This document shows positions 8,139-15,684 of a stretch of 56,365 nt of DNA, piece after piece; within the stretch, counting starts at the first letter, position 1; every line of letters begins with the position of its first letter. A program made the position numbers and the translations under genes. The stretch is taken from positions 1-56,365 of the forward strand of contig CAZGDM010000001.1 of assembly GCA_964525275.1 (NCBI GenBank). The letters run 5' to 3'. The notes beneath the pieces were generated by a model that was given only the letters and a program-made list of their open reading frames with translations, made no database searches and was not told where the DNA came from. The stretch comes from an uncultured Thermodesulfobacteriota bacterium (GTDB lineage: Bacteria > Desulfobacterota > B13-G15).

Positions 8139-9299
8139 TTAAAAATGCCCCTTGTCTTTCACCATCTTATCTATGTCGAGGATGGATAAGGCGTAGATTC
8201 TATCTTCGAGGGGGAAGGATTTGGGGCCGGGATAGACGATAAATACCCGGTGAAGGCCGAGGTCTTCGATGGCGATTCTTATGGATTTGGTGATCTTAGG
8301 CGCGTCGGTGTATTTCGCTTCCACTCCGATGCGCTGTCCCGCTTTCATGATGAAGAGGTCTATCTCCGCCCCTGCATGTGTGCCCCAGAAATAAAAATCG
8401 GCAAGCTGTACTAAGGAGGTTATTTGCTCTATAACGAACCCCTCCCAAGAAGCCCCGAGTTTTGGATGAGCCTGAAGCCCCTTCAGATCGGCAATCCCCA
8501 ACAGATAGTGTAACAGTCCGCTGTCCCGCACGAATATTTTTGGGGCCTTAACCTGGCGCTTTTTGATGTTTTCATACCATGGTTGCAATTGCCTTATCAC
8601 GAATACATCGGTCAGCAGATCCAAATATCTCCTTGCCGTTTTTGGGGAGGTCCCCATGGATTCGGCAAAGGTCGAAGCGTTCCATATTTGTCCGTGATAA
8701 TGGGCCAACATCGTCCAGAAACGGCGTAGAGCAGATGAGGGGATGTGTATCCCAAGCTGGGGGATGTCCCTTTCTAAAAAGGTCTGGACGAAATTTGCCC
8801 TCCAGTTGATGCTCACCTCATCATCAGGTGCCAGGTAAGAACGGGGGAATCCCCCTCTCAACCAAAGCCTTTTGTAGTTATGAGGCCCTACCTCCATGAG
8901 GTTGAAGCCAGACATGGGGACGAAGGCCACTCGGCCGGCAAGGGTCTCCGACACACCCCGCACAAGTCTGGGGGAAGCGCTTCCCAAAAGGAGGAAGGAA
9001 GCAGGGTTGTTCGGCCTGTCCATAAGTACCCTGAGCACTTCGAGGAGTTCGGGTTTTCTCTGGATTTCGTCCAAAACCACCAATCCCTTCAGGTCCTCAA
9101 GGGCGAGCATGGGATTGTCCAACCTGGCGAGATCCCTGGGATCCTCTAAGTCGAAGAACTCAGAAGGCAGGATCTCCGTGGAAATCTTCCTTGCGAGGGT
9201 AGTCTTCCCACACTGCCTCGGGCCGATCAGGACTACCCCCGGATTGTGTTCCAATGCCTTCACTATTCGTTTCTCCAATTCGGGGCGAGGCACGAACAT
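8139..9299 (-). CDS. AAA+ ATPase of the COG1373 type (AAA_14 plus DUF4143-like C-terminus)
   Basis: Walker A GPRQCGKTTLA and Walker B VVLDEIQ. The C-terminal region resembles DUF4143 (from memory). GC is about 45-55% by hand count, lower than its neighbours. Confidence 0.7.
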   Translation of the reverse strand: MFVPRPELEKRIVKALEHNPGVVLIGPRQCGKTTLARKISTEILPSEFFDLEDPRDLARLDNPMLALEDLKGLVVLDEIQRKPELLEVLRVLMDRPNNPASFLLLGSASPRLVRGVSETLAGRVAFVPMSGFNLMEVGPHNYKRLWLRGGFPRSYLAPDDEVSINWRANFVQTFLERDIPQLGIHIPSSALRRFWTMLAHYHGQIWNASTFAESMGTSPKTARRYLDLLTDVFVIRQLQPWYENIKKRQVKAPKIFVRDSGLLHYLLGIADLKGLQAHPKLGASWEGFVIEQITSLVQLADFYFWGTHAGAEIDLFIMKAGQRIGVEAKYTDAPKITKSIRIAIEDLGLHRVFIVYPGPKSFPLEDRIYALSILDIDKMVKDKGHF

Positions 9300-9362
9300 G
9301 GCCCAAACATACTCCTTGAAAATTGGGAAATCAAGTCCTGATTTTCAATATATTTTCGGACC

Positions 9363-9390
9363 TTGACAGCAAAATTTTATATTTTATAAG
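9363..9390 (+). promoter_or_regulatory. Sigma70-type promoter candidate for the gntR-kor-tct locus
   Basis: TTGACA (9363-9368), 16-nt spacer, TATAAG (9385-9390). The ATG at 9401 lies only 10 nt after the -10 box and has no Shine-Dalgarno sequence. Confidence 0.5.
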
Positions 9391-9400
9391 ATCTTTTACC

Positions 9401-10087
9401 ATGGAAGCGGCGATCGGGTCTCTCGTCGACACGAAGTCCACCGCTGTTTACCGCTTACTCAAGCGTGACATCCTCAACGGTCGTCTCAAGCCAGGGGAGA
9501 AGCTTGTGGCCTCGAGGATCGCCGAGGCCTATGGGGTATCAATTATCCCTGTTAGGGAGGCCTTGAACCGTTTAAGGGCCGAGGGGTTGGTGACCATCGT
9601 TCCCCATACCGGGGCTTACGTAACGGAGATAGACTTAGAGGACCTGAAGGACCTTTACCCCATCCGTGGGGTCCTCGAGGGGCTGGCGGCGCGCCTCGCC
9701 TGTTCCCGGCTGGGGGAAAGGGATTTCAGGTTGTTGGATAGGCTGATACGGAAGATGGACCGCGTCATCGAAGAGGGACGTTTCCCGGAGATGGGGGTTC
9801 TTAACTACGAATTTCACATGGCCATTTATCGGGCCTCTGGAAACAAACACCTGGTGAAGCTCATAGAGGACCTATGGCAAAAGACGGGAAGGGTCCGTGG
9901 GATCTTCGCCTTGGTGCCCGAGAGGGCCAAAGAGTCCAACAGGGAACATCGTGAGATCCTACAGGCCCTTGAGGCGGGTGACGCCCGCCGGGCGGAGGAA
10001 TTGGTGATCCAGCAGGACGAGCGGACCTTGGAGGCCCTGATGCGCTACTTGAAAGGGGAGGGGGATGCCGTGGAAAACCGCAGATAG
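9401..10087 (+). CDS. GntR-family transcriptional regulator (FadR/FCD subfamily)
   Basis: wHTH region YRLLKRDILNGRLKPGEKLVASRIAEAYGVSIIPVREAL plus a helical FCD-like C-terminus (HREILQALEAGDARRAEE). The start was moved to the internal ATG at 9401; the upstream TTG extension is AT-rich and looks non-coding. Confidence 0.8.
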   Translation: MEAAIGSLVDTKSTAVYRLLKRDILNGRLKPGEKLVASRIAEAYGVSIIPVREALNRLRAEGLVTIVPHTGAYVTEIDLEDLKDLYPIRGVLEGLAARLACSRLGERDFRLLDRLIRKMDRVIEEGRFPEMGVLNYEFHMAIYRASGNKHLVKLIEDLWQKTGRVRGIFALVPERAKESNREHREILQALEAGDARRAEELVIQQDERTLEALMRYLKGEGDAVENRR

Positions 10088-11210
10088 CCCCCTCGAGCCC
10101 GGGATCTACTATCTGTCGGGTAACGAGGCAGCGGCAGAGGGGGCCATAGCTGCAGGTTGTCGCTTCTACGCGGGCTATCCCATCACCCCTTCCAGCGAGA
10201 TCATGGAGCGGATGGCCGAGCGCCTCGAGGAGCTCGGGGGCGTCTTCATCCAGATGGAGGACGAGATAGGCTCCATCTGCTCGGCCCTCGGGGCCGCCTG
10301 GGCCGGGGCCAAGGCGATGACCGCCACCTCCGGCCCGGGCTTCAGCCTGATGCAGGAGGCCATAGGCTACGCCGCCTTCACCGAGACGCCTGTGGTGATC
10401 GTTGATGTGCAGCGGGCAGGTCCCGCCACCGGGCAGGCCACCCGGCCCGCAAGTGGCGACATCATGCAGGCCAAGTGGGGCTCCCACGGAGACTACCAGG
10501 TCATCGCCCTTTCTCCCTGGTCGGTCCAGGAGATGTACGACCTGACTGTGAAGGCCTTCAACCTGGCGGAGCGCTTCCGGGTGCCGAGCATCCTCCTGGC
10601 CGAGGAGGCAGTGGGACACCTGAGAGAGCGGATCACGGTGCCGGAAAGGATCGAGGTCTACGACCGCGACAAGGCCCCTGGCCTTCCTCCCTTCGGCACC
10701 GAGGCCCCCGATGGGGTGCCCCCCATGCCCTCCTTCGGGGAAGGGGAGAAGCTGCTTGTGACCGGGTCAACCCACGACCCCCGCGGATTCCGCCGCACCG
10801 ACGACCCGGAGGCCCACAGGCGGCTTGTGGAGAGGATCAATCGCAAGATCCTCGATCATCGGTCAGAGATCGTAGACTTGGAGGCCCATTACCTCGATGG
10901 GGATTTAGAGGTTCTGGTCATAAGCTACGGCTTTACGGCCCGGGCAGCTCTCTTTGCCGTCGAGCGGCTGAGGGAGCGGGGGAAGAAGGTGGGCCTTCTG
11001 AGGCTCAAGACGCTCTGGCCCTTTCCCTCCGAGGAGGTGAGGGAGGCATGCCAGAGGGCCAAAAGGGTCTTCGTCCCCGAGATGAACCTCGGGCAGGTGG
11101 CAGGGGAGGTCAGAAAGAGCGCCCTCAGGGAGGTCATCAGTTACAACCAGGCCAACGGCGAGGTGATCGACCCGAGGACCATCCTCAGGGAGCTGGAGGA
11201 GATCCTCTGA
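10065..11210 (+). CDS. 2-oxoacid:ferredoxin oxidoreductase, alpha subunit (KorA-like)
   Basis: GNEAAAEGAIAAGCRFYAGYPITPSSEI is the typical N-terminus. 381 aa. Followed by the beta and gamma subunits. Confidence 0.85.
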   Translation: MPWKTADSPLEPGIYYLSGNEAAAEGAIAAGCRFYAGYPITPSSEIMERMAERLEELGGVFIQMEDEIGSICSALGAAWAGAKAMTATSGPGFSLMQEAIGYAAFTETPVVIVDVQRAGPATGQATRPASGDIMQAKWGSHGDYQVIALSPWSVQEMYDLTVKAFNLAERFRVPSILLAEEAVGHLRERITVPERIEVYDRDKAPGLPPFGTEAPDGVPPMPSFGEGEKLLVTGSTHDPRGFRRTDDPEAHRRLVERINRKILDHRSEIVDLEAHYLDGDLEVLVISYGFTARAALFAVERLRERGKKVGLLRLKTLWPFPSEEVREACQRAKRVFVPEMNLGQVAGEVRKSALREVISYNQANGEVIDPRTILRELEEIL

Positions 11211-11971
11211 TGCCGCGGGACCTCGAGGAATACCTGCGTCAGGAAGTTAAAACCACTCCCTTTTGTCCAGGCTGCGGCCACGGGATCCTGATGGGGCTCG
11301 TGCTCAGGGCCATAAAGGGCCTCGACCTTGACATGGATCAGGTGCTCTTCGTCTCGGGGATCGGCTGTGCGGCTTGGGTCCCGAGCCCTCACTTTGCCGC
11401 AGACACGCTGCATACGCTTCACGGTCGCGCAGTGGCCTTTGCCACGGGGGCGAAGCTCTTCAGGCCGGAGCTCACGACCATCGTGATAAGCGGCGACGGG
11501 GACCTTGCATCCATCGGAGGGAATCACCTGATCCACGCCGCCCGAAGGGACATCGACCTGACGGTCATTTGCGCCAACAACATGATCTACGGGATGACCG
11601 GGGGACAGCTCGCCTCCACCTCTCCCCTTGGGGCCCGCACCTCTACCTCCCCGCGGGGAAACCCCTGGAGGCCCTTTGACCTCTGCCGGCTCATGGAGGC
11701 TGCGGGGGCGTCCTTTGTGGCACGCTTCTCCGTGACCCAGCCCCTTTCGGTCATCGAGGCAATAAAGCGGGCGATCCAAAAGCCCCATTTCGCCTTCGTC
11801 GAGGTGCTCTCTCCCTGTCCCACCCAGTTCGGGAGACGGAACCAGATGGCCTCTCCTGCGGAGATGATCGAACGGTTGAGGGAGATCTGCGTGACGAAGG
11901 AGGAGGCCGAGGGACTGGGGGCCAAAGAGCTCGAGGGGAAGATCGTCACGGGGGTCTTCGTCGATGCTTAG
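11210..11971 (+). CDS. 2-oxoacid:ferredoxin oxidoreductase, beta (TPP-binding) subunit (KorB-like)
   Basis: The ATG at 11210 overlaps the korA-like TGA. PFCPGCGHG and GDGD..GGNH TPP motifs. The ORF-track ORF 10475-11971 is an out-of-frame upstream extension. Confidence 0.85.
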   Translation: MPRDLEEYLRQEVKTTPFCPGCGHGILMGLVLRAIKGLDLDMDQVLFVSGIGCAAWVPSPHFAADTLHTLHGRAVAFATGAKLFRPELTTIVISGDGDLASIGGNHLIHAARRDIDLTVICANNMIYGMTGGQLASTSPLGARTSTSPRGNPWRPFDLCRLMEAAGASFVARFSVTQPLSVIEAIKRAIQKPHFAFVEVLSPCPTQFGRRNQMASPAEMIERLREICVTKEEAEGLGAKELEGKIVTGVFVDA

Positions 11972-12494
11972 GCAGGTGCGGATATGTGGCTTCGGCGGCC
12001 AGGGGGTGGTGCTGGCGGGGGTGATCCTCGGGGAGGCGGCGATCAGGGACGGCCGGTGGGTCGCCGGCTCGAGCTCCTACGGAGCCCAGGCCCGAGGGGG
12101 GTACGCACGCTCCGATGTGGTGATCGCCGATAGGCCCATCGTTTACCCCCGGGTGCTGGAAGCGGATTGCCTCGTGGCCATGTCCCAGAGCGCCTACGAC
12201 CGGTACACCGAGGAGCTCGCCCCCGAGGCCCTCGTGCTCTACGACGAAGGGCTTGTGAACCCCCGGGAGATCGAGGGGGTGAGGCAGCTTGGGGTCCCGG
12301 CCACCGCCGTGGCGATAAGGGAGCTTGAGGCGCGGCAGGCGGCCAACATGGTGATGCTGGGGGCGCTGGTGGGGGTGAGCGGCCTGGTTTCGCGAGAGGC
12401 TCTCCTTGAAGCTGTGGCCTCGAGAAGCGGGCGCTTCAGGGAGGTGAACCTTCGGGGGGTGGAGCTCGGCTTTCGACTTGGGGAGGGGAGATGA
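11964..12494 (+). CDS. 2-oxoacid:ferredoxin oxidoreductase, gamma subunit
   Basis: ICGFGGQGVVLAGVILGEAA is the typical gamma-subunit N-terminus. 176 aa. Confidence 0.8.
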   Translation: MLRQVRICGFGGQGVVLAGVILGEAAIRDGRWVAGSSSYGAQARGGYARSDVVIADRPIVYPRVLEADCLVAMSQSAYDRYTEELAPEALVLYDEGLVNPREIEGVRQLGVPATAVAIRELEARQAANMVMLGALVGVSGLVSREALLEAVASRSGRFREVNLRGVELGFRLGEGR

Positions 12495-13867
12495 CGGTCC
12501 TTGGCAGGACCCATAGGCCGGTGGTGAATCACGAGCTGTGCCAGAGCTGCGGAGTCTGCCTCCGCCACTGTCCCGGGGAGTTCTCCACCGACTTCAGGCG
12601 CGACGAGGGTACGGTCAGGGGTTACGTCTACAGCAGGACGGATCTCGGCCGCCTCGAAGAGCTTCCTCCCTGTAGTGCTGCCTGTCCCTTAGGGCAGCGG
12701 GTGAGGGATTACGTTGGGCTCATCCAGAAGGGGCGGCTCATGGAGGCCCTCCTCATCGTGCTTGAGGACAACCCCCTACCCGGGGTGCTGGGCCATGTCT
12801 GCCACCGTCCATGTGAGAAGGCGTGCCTCAGGGGGAGTTGGGATGAACCCGTGGGGATCCGGGAACTCAAGCGCTACCTCGCCGCCTACGGAGCCGAGCA
12901 CCGAGGGGAGGTGGTCGAGGCCCTCAAGGGACGGAAGGCCTCTTCCAACGGATGGAAGGTGGCCATAGTGGGAGCAGGCCCGGCGGGGCTCGGTTGTGCC
13001 TATGAGCTGCTCGTGGCGGGCTGCAAAGTCACGGTCTACGATGCCCTCTCCCAGCCCGGGGGGATGTTGCGGGTGGGGATCCCCACCTTCAGGTTGCCCG
13101 AGGAGGTGGTGGATCGGGATGTGGAGCTTCTGCTTGAGCTCGGGATGGAGTTTCGGGGAGGGATGCGTCTGGGGGAGGAGGTCAGCTTGGACGACTTGCA
13201 AAAGGAATCCGATGCGGTGGTCCTCGCCCTCGGGGCCTGGAGGGATCGGCGCTTAGGGATCCCCGGGGAAGATGCCGAGGGGTGCTTCGGGTGTCTGGAG
13301 TTCCTCCAGGGGGTGAGGGAAGGACGGATTCGGAGGCTCGAGGGCAGGGTGTTCGTGGTGGGGGGTGGAAATGCGGCGGTGGATTCCGCCCGGACGGCCC
13401 TGAGGCTCGGGGCCGGAGAGGTGGTGATCCTCTACCGCAGAAGGGCCGAAGATATGCCCGCTGACCCTGAAGAGGTGGAGGCGGCCCAAAGGGAGGGCGT
13501 GAAGGTCATGCCCCTGGTGATCCCCAAGGGAGTGCTGGTGGAAGGGGGAAAGGTGAAGGGCCTCGAGCTACAGAGGACCTCCCTCGGGGAGCCGGATGCC
13601 TCGGGAAGGCCTCGACCGGTGGCCCTCGGGGGGACGGAGTTCGTGGAGGAAGGGAGCACGCTCATCGTAGCCATAGGTCAGGAGGCAGACCTGAGGTTCT
13701 TCGGTGGGGACGGAGGGCGGCTTGAACTCGACGAAAGGGGACAGGTGCGCGGATACGAGGGGGTCTTCGCCGCGGGGGACTTGGTCACGGGACCCTCCAC
13801 GGTGGTGGAGGCCCTGGCCTCAGGGCGAAAGGTGGCGAAGGAAGTAATGGGATGGCTCAGGAGATGA
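12491..13867 (+). CDS. GltD/NfnB-like NAD(P)H-dependent FAD oxidoreductase with N-terminal Fe-S motifs
   Basis: CQSCGVCLRHCP and CSAACP motifs, then HVCHRPCEKAC. Two Rossmann motifs (VAIVGAGPAGLGCA and VFVVGGGNAAVDSA). Architecture of the glutamate synthase small-chain family. ATGA overlap with the gamma subunit gene. Confidence 0.8.
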   Translation: MTVLGRTHRPVVNHELCQSCGVCLRHCPGEFSTDFRRDEGTVRGYVYSRTDLGRLEELPPCSAACPLGQRVRDYVGLIQKGRLMEALLIVLEDNPLPGVLGHVCHRPCEKACLRGSWDEPVGIRELKRYLAAYGAEHRGEVVEALKGRKASSNGWKVAIVGAGPAGLGCAYELLVAGCKVTVYDALSQPGGMLRVGIPTFRLPEEVVDRDVELLLELGMEFRGGMRLGEEVSLDDLQKESDAVVLALGAWRDRRLGIPGEDAEGCFGCLEFLQGVREGRIRRLEGRVFVVGGGNAAVDSARTALRLGAGEVVILYRRRAEDMPADPEEVEAAQREGVKVMPLVIPKGVLVEGGKVKGLELQRTSLGEPDASGRPRPVALGGTEFVEEGSTLIVAIGQEADLRFFGGDGGRLELDERGQVRGYEGVFAAGDLVTGPSTVVEALASGRKVAKEVMGWLRR

Positions 13868-14172
13868 ACCTCTACTGCCGTCGTGAGACCCTTCCACGGA
13901 AGAGGCAAGAGGAGAGGCTACAGCTTGATTTCCGTCGTCACGACCGTCCCCTCAAGGCGCAGGAGGCGCGCTACGAGGCGTCGCGGTGCCTGGGGTCCTG
14001 GAGCTGCGAGGCCTGTGACCTCTGCCGGCTCCTCTGCCCTGACCTGGCCATAACGCGCGATCTACGCACGGGCCGAATAGTGATAGACCTCGATTACTGT
14101 AAGGGCTGCGGGATCTGCGCCGCCGTTTGCCCCAAGGGGGCGATAAGGATGGAGCTGGAGGAGGAGTTATGA
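13852..14172 (+). CDS. 4Fe-4S dicluster ferredoxin (oxidoreductase delta-subunit-like)
   Basis: CEACDLCRLLCP and CKGCGICAAVCP motifs. An alternative ATG at 13864 forms an ATGA overlap with the upstream stop. Confidence 0.75.
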   Translation: MAQEMNLYCRRETLPRKRQEERLQLDFRRHDRPLKAQEARYEASRCLGSWSCEACDLCRLLCPDLAITRDLRTGRIVIDLDYCKGCGICAAVCPKGAIRMELEEEL

Positions 14173-14188
14173 CCCGCCTTAGGGCGGG
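14173..14188 (+). promoter_or_regulatory. Intercistronic GC hairpin between the oxidoreductase module and tctC
   Basis: CCCGCC (14173-14178), loop TTAG, GGCGGG (14183-14188): a 6-bp all-GC stem directly after the TGA. No T-tract follows. Confidence 0.35.
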
Positions 14189-14215
14189 ACAAACTTTGAG
14201 GAAAGGAGGGGTGAG

Positions 14216-15184
14216 ATGAAGAAGGCGATCTTTGTCAGTCTATTGCTGGCCCTGGTGGGGGCGCTGGTGGTGAACGCCCAAGCGTCACCGGTCAAGTTTC
14301 CCACCAAACCCATTACCATTGTGGTCCCCTATTCGGCCGGGGGAGGGACCGATCTTCAGGCCCGGGCCCTGGCGTCGGTGGCCGACAAATATTTCGGCCA
14401 ACCGGTGGTGGTGGTCTGCAAGCCCGGCGGTGGAGGTGCGGTGGGAACGGCCTATGTGGCCCAGTCCAAGCCCGACGGCTACACGTTGCTCTTCGCCGTC
14501 CCAGCGGTGATCGTGATCAAGCCTTACATGGTAAAGACGCCCTACAAGTTCGAGGACCTGGAGCCTCTTATGCGGGTCAGCGACTCTCCGAGGATCCTTG
14601 TGGTAGGGGCCCAACAGCCCTGGAAGACTTTGGAGGAGTTGATAGATTATGCGAAGAAGCACCCCGGGGCGGTGAAGTACGGGAGCGCTGGTCCGGGCAC
14701 TACTACCCACATCGCCATGGAAGGCTTTGCCTACGCCGCTGGCATCAAGCTGACCCATGTCCCCTTTAAGGGATGTGCCAAGGCCATAGCGGCGGTGCTC
14801 GGAGGCCATGTGGCCATGTTCGGGGCCATTCCGTCCGAGTGTTACCAGTATATAAAGGCAGGCCAGATGAGGCCCCTGGCGGTCTTTTCCAAGGAGCGGC
14901 TGCCCGAGTTGCCCAATGTGCCCACTCTGATCGAGAAGGGTATCAACTTCTCGGATAGCTCCACCCGGGCGCTTTTCCTCCCCAAGGGGGTGCCGGCGGA
15001 GGTGAAGCAGATCCTCCATGACGGCTTCAAGCGGACCTTGGAGGACAAGTCCTTCAAGGCGCTCTTCAAGAAGCTCGGTGAGCCCATAGCCTACATGAGC
15101 GGCGAAGAGTTCCTGAAGGTCTTGGAGCAGCAGAGGCAGTTCTACGGGAAGGTGCTTGAGGCCATCGGGCTGAAGAAGTACTGA
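14216..15184 (+). CDS. tctC: Tripartite tricarboxylate transporter substrate-binding protein (TctC/Bug family)
   Basis: Signal peptide, then PITIVVPYSAGGGTDLQARAL and GGGGAVG motifs typical of the Bug/TctC family. RBS AGGAGG upstream. Confidence 0.85.
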   Translation: MKKAIFVSLLLALVGALVVNAQASPVKFPTKPITIVVPYSAGGGTDLQARALASVADKYFGQPVVVVCKPGGGGAVGTAYVAQSKPDGYTLLFAVPAVIVIKPYMVKTPYKFEDLEPLMRVSDSPRILVVGAQQPWKTLEELIDYAKKHPGAVKYGSAGPGTTTHIAMEGFAYAAGIKLTHVPFKGCAKAIAAVLGGHVAMFGAIPSECYQYIKAGQMRPLAVFSKERLPELPNVPTLIEKGINFSDSSTRALFLPKGVPAEVKQILHDGFKRTLEDKSFKALFKKLGEPIAYMSGEEFLKVLEQQRQFYGKVLEAIGLKKY

Positions 15185-15192
15185 CCATCAGA

Positions 15193-15218
15193 GAGGGAGG
15201 GGGTATCCCCCCTCCCTC
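15193..15218 (+). promoter_or_regulatory. Perfect 11-bp hairpin abutting the tctB start codon
   Basis: GAGGGAGGGGG (15193-15203), loop TATC, CCCCCTCCCTC (15208-15218). The 5' arm is the only SD-like sequence for tctB, and the ATG follows at 15219. Confidence 0.6.
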
Positions 15219-15677
15219 ATGTGTTCGGCGATGCGCAATTACGACAGGACGATAGCGGCGATCCTTTTCCTCTTCAGCGTGGCCCTTTATTTCTTCATCA
15301 TCCCTTGGGGGATAGAGGGCGCAGGGGAAGGGGGTGCGGGTCTCAGCCCCGACTTCATGCCCCGCTGGATCACCATCACCTTGGCGTTTCTCAGCGCTCT
15401 GCTGTTTTTCGTGGCCAAGCCCGCCGAGGAAAAGGTCAAGCTCTTCCCACGGAGGGCATTGGTCACCATGGCCCTCTTCGTGCTTTACATAGTCCTCACT
15501 CCCCTCATCGGATATTTGCCCGCGTCGGTGCTGGTCATGGCGGTCTATCTTCTTCACTTCGGAGTCAGGAAGCCGGTGACGGTGGCCGTCCTCTCCGTGG
15601 CTTTTCCCCTCATCCTGTACCTCTTCTTTGCGAAGGTCATGCTGGTGGTCCTGCCCAGGGGATCGCTCTTTCAGTGA
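15219..15677 (+). CDS. tctB: Tripartite tricarboxylate transporter small membrane subunit (TctB-like)
   Basis: 152 aa with four predicted hydrophobic helices, positioned between tctC and tctA. Alternative ATG at 15231. Confidence 0.7.
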   Translation: MCSAMRNYDRTIAAILFLFSVALYFFIIPWGIEGAGEGGAGLSPDFMPRWITITLAFLSALLFFVAKPAEEKVKLFPRRALVTMALFVLYIVLTPLIGYLPASVLVMAVYLLHFGVRKPVTVAVLSVAFPLILYLFFAKVMLVVLPRGSLFQ

Positions 15678-15684
15678 GGAGGCG

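Noticed and set aside
9323-9400. N-terminal extensions offered by the ORF track: gntR from TTG 9323, tctA from 15628, porA from 25163, lspA from 50761, GNAT to 32523, and the TAXI receptor from 34858.
   Set aside because: The extensions run through AT-rich promoter DNA or through the preceding gene. Internal ATGs with proper SD sequences or ATGA/TGATG coupling give family-typical N-termini.
10475-11209. The upstream 245 codons of the 498-aa ORF 10475-11971, lying out of frame within the korA-like gene.
   Set aside because: The translation is Arg/Gly/Pro-rich nonsense that overlaps a well-supported alpha subunit. Recognisable beta-subunit sequence begins at the ATG at 11210, which overlaps the alpha-subunit stop.
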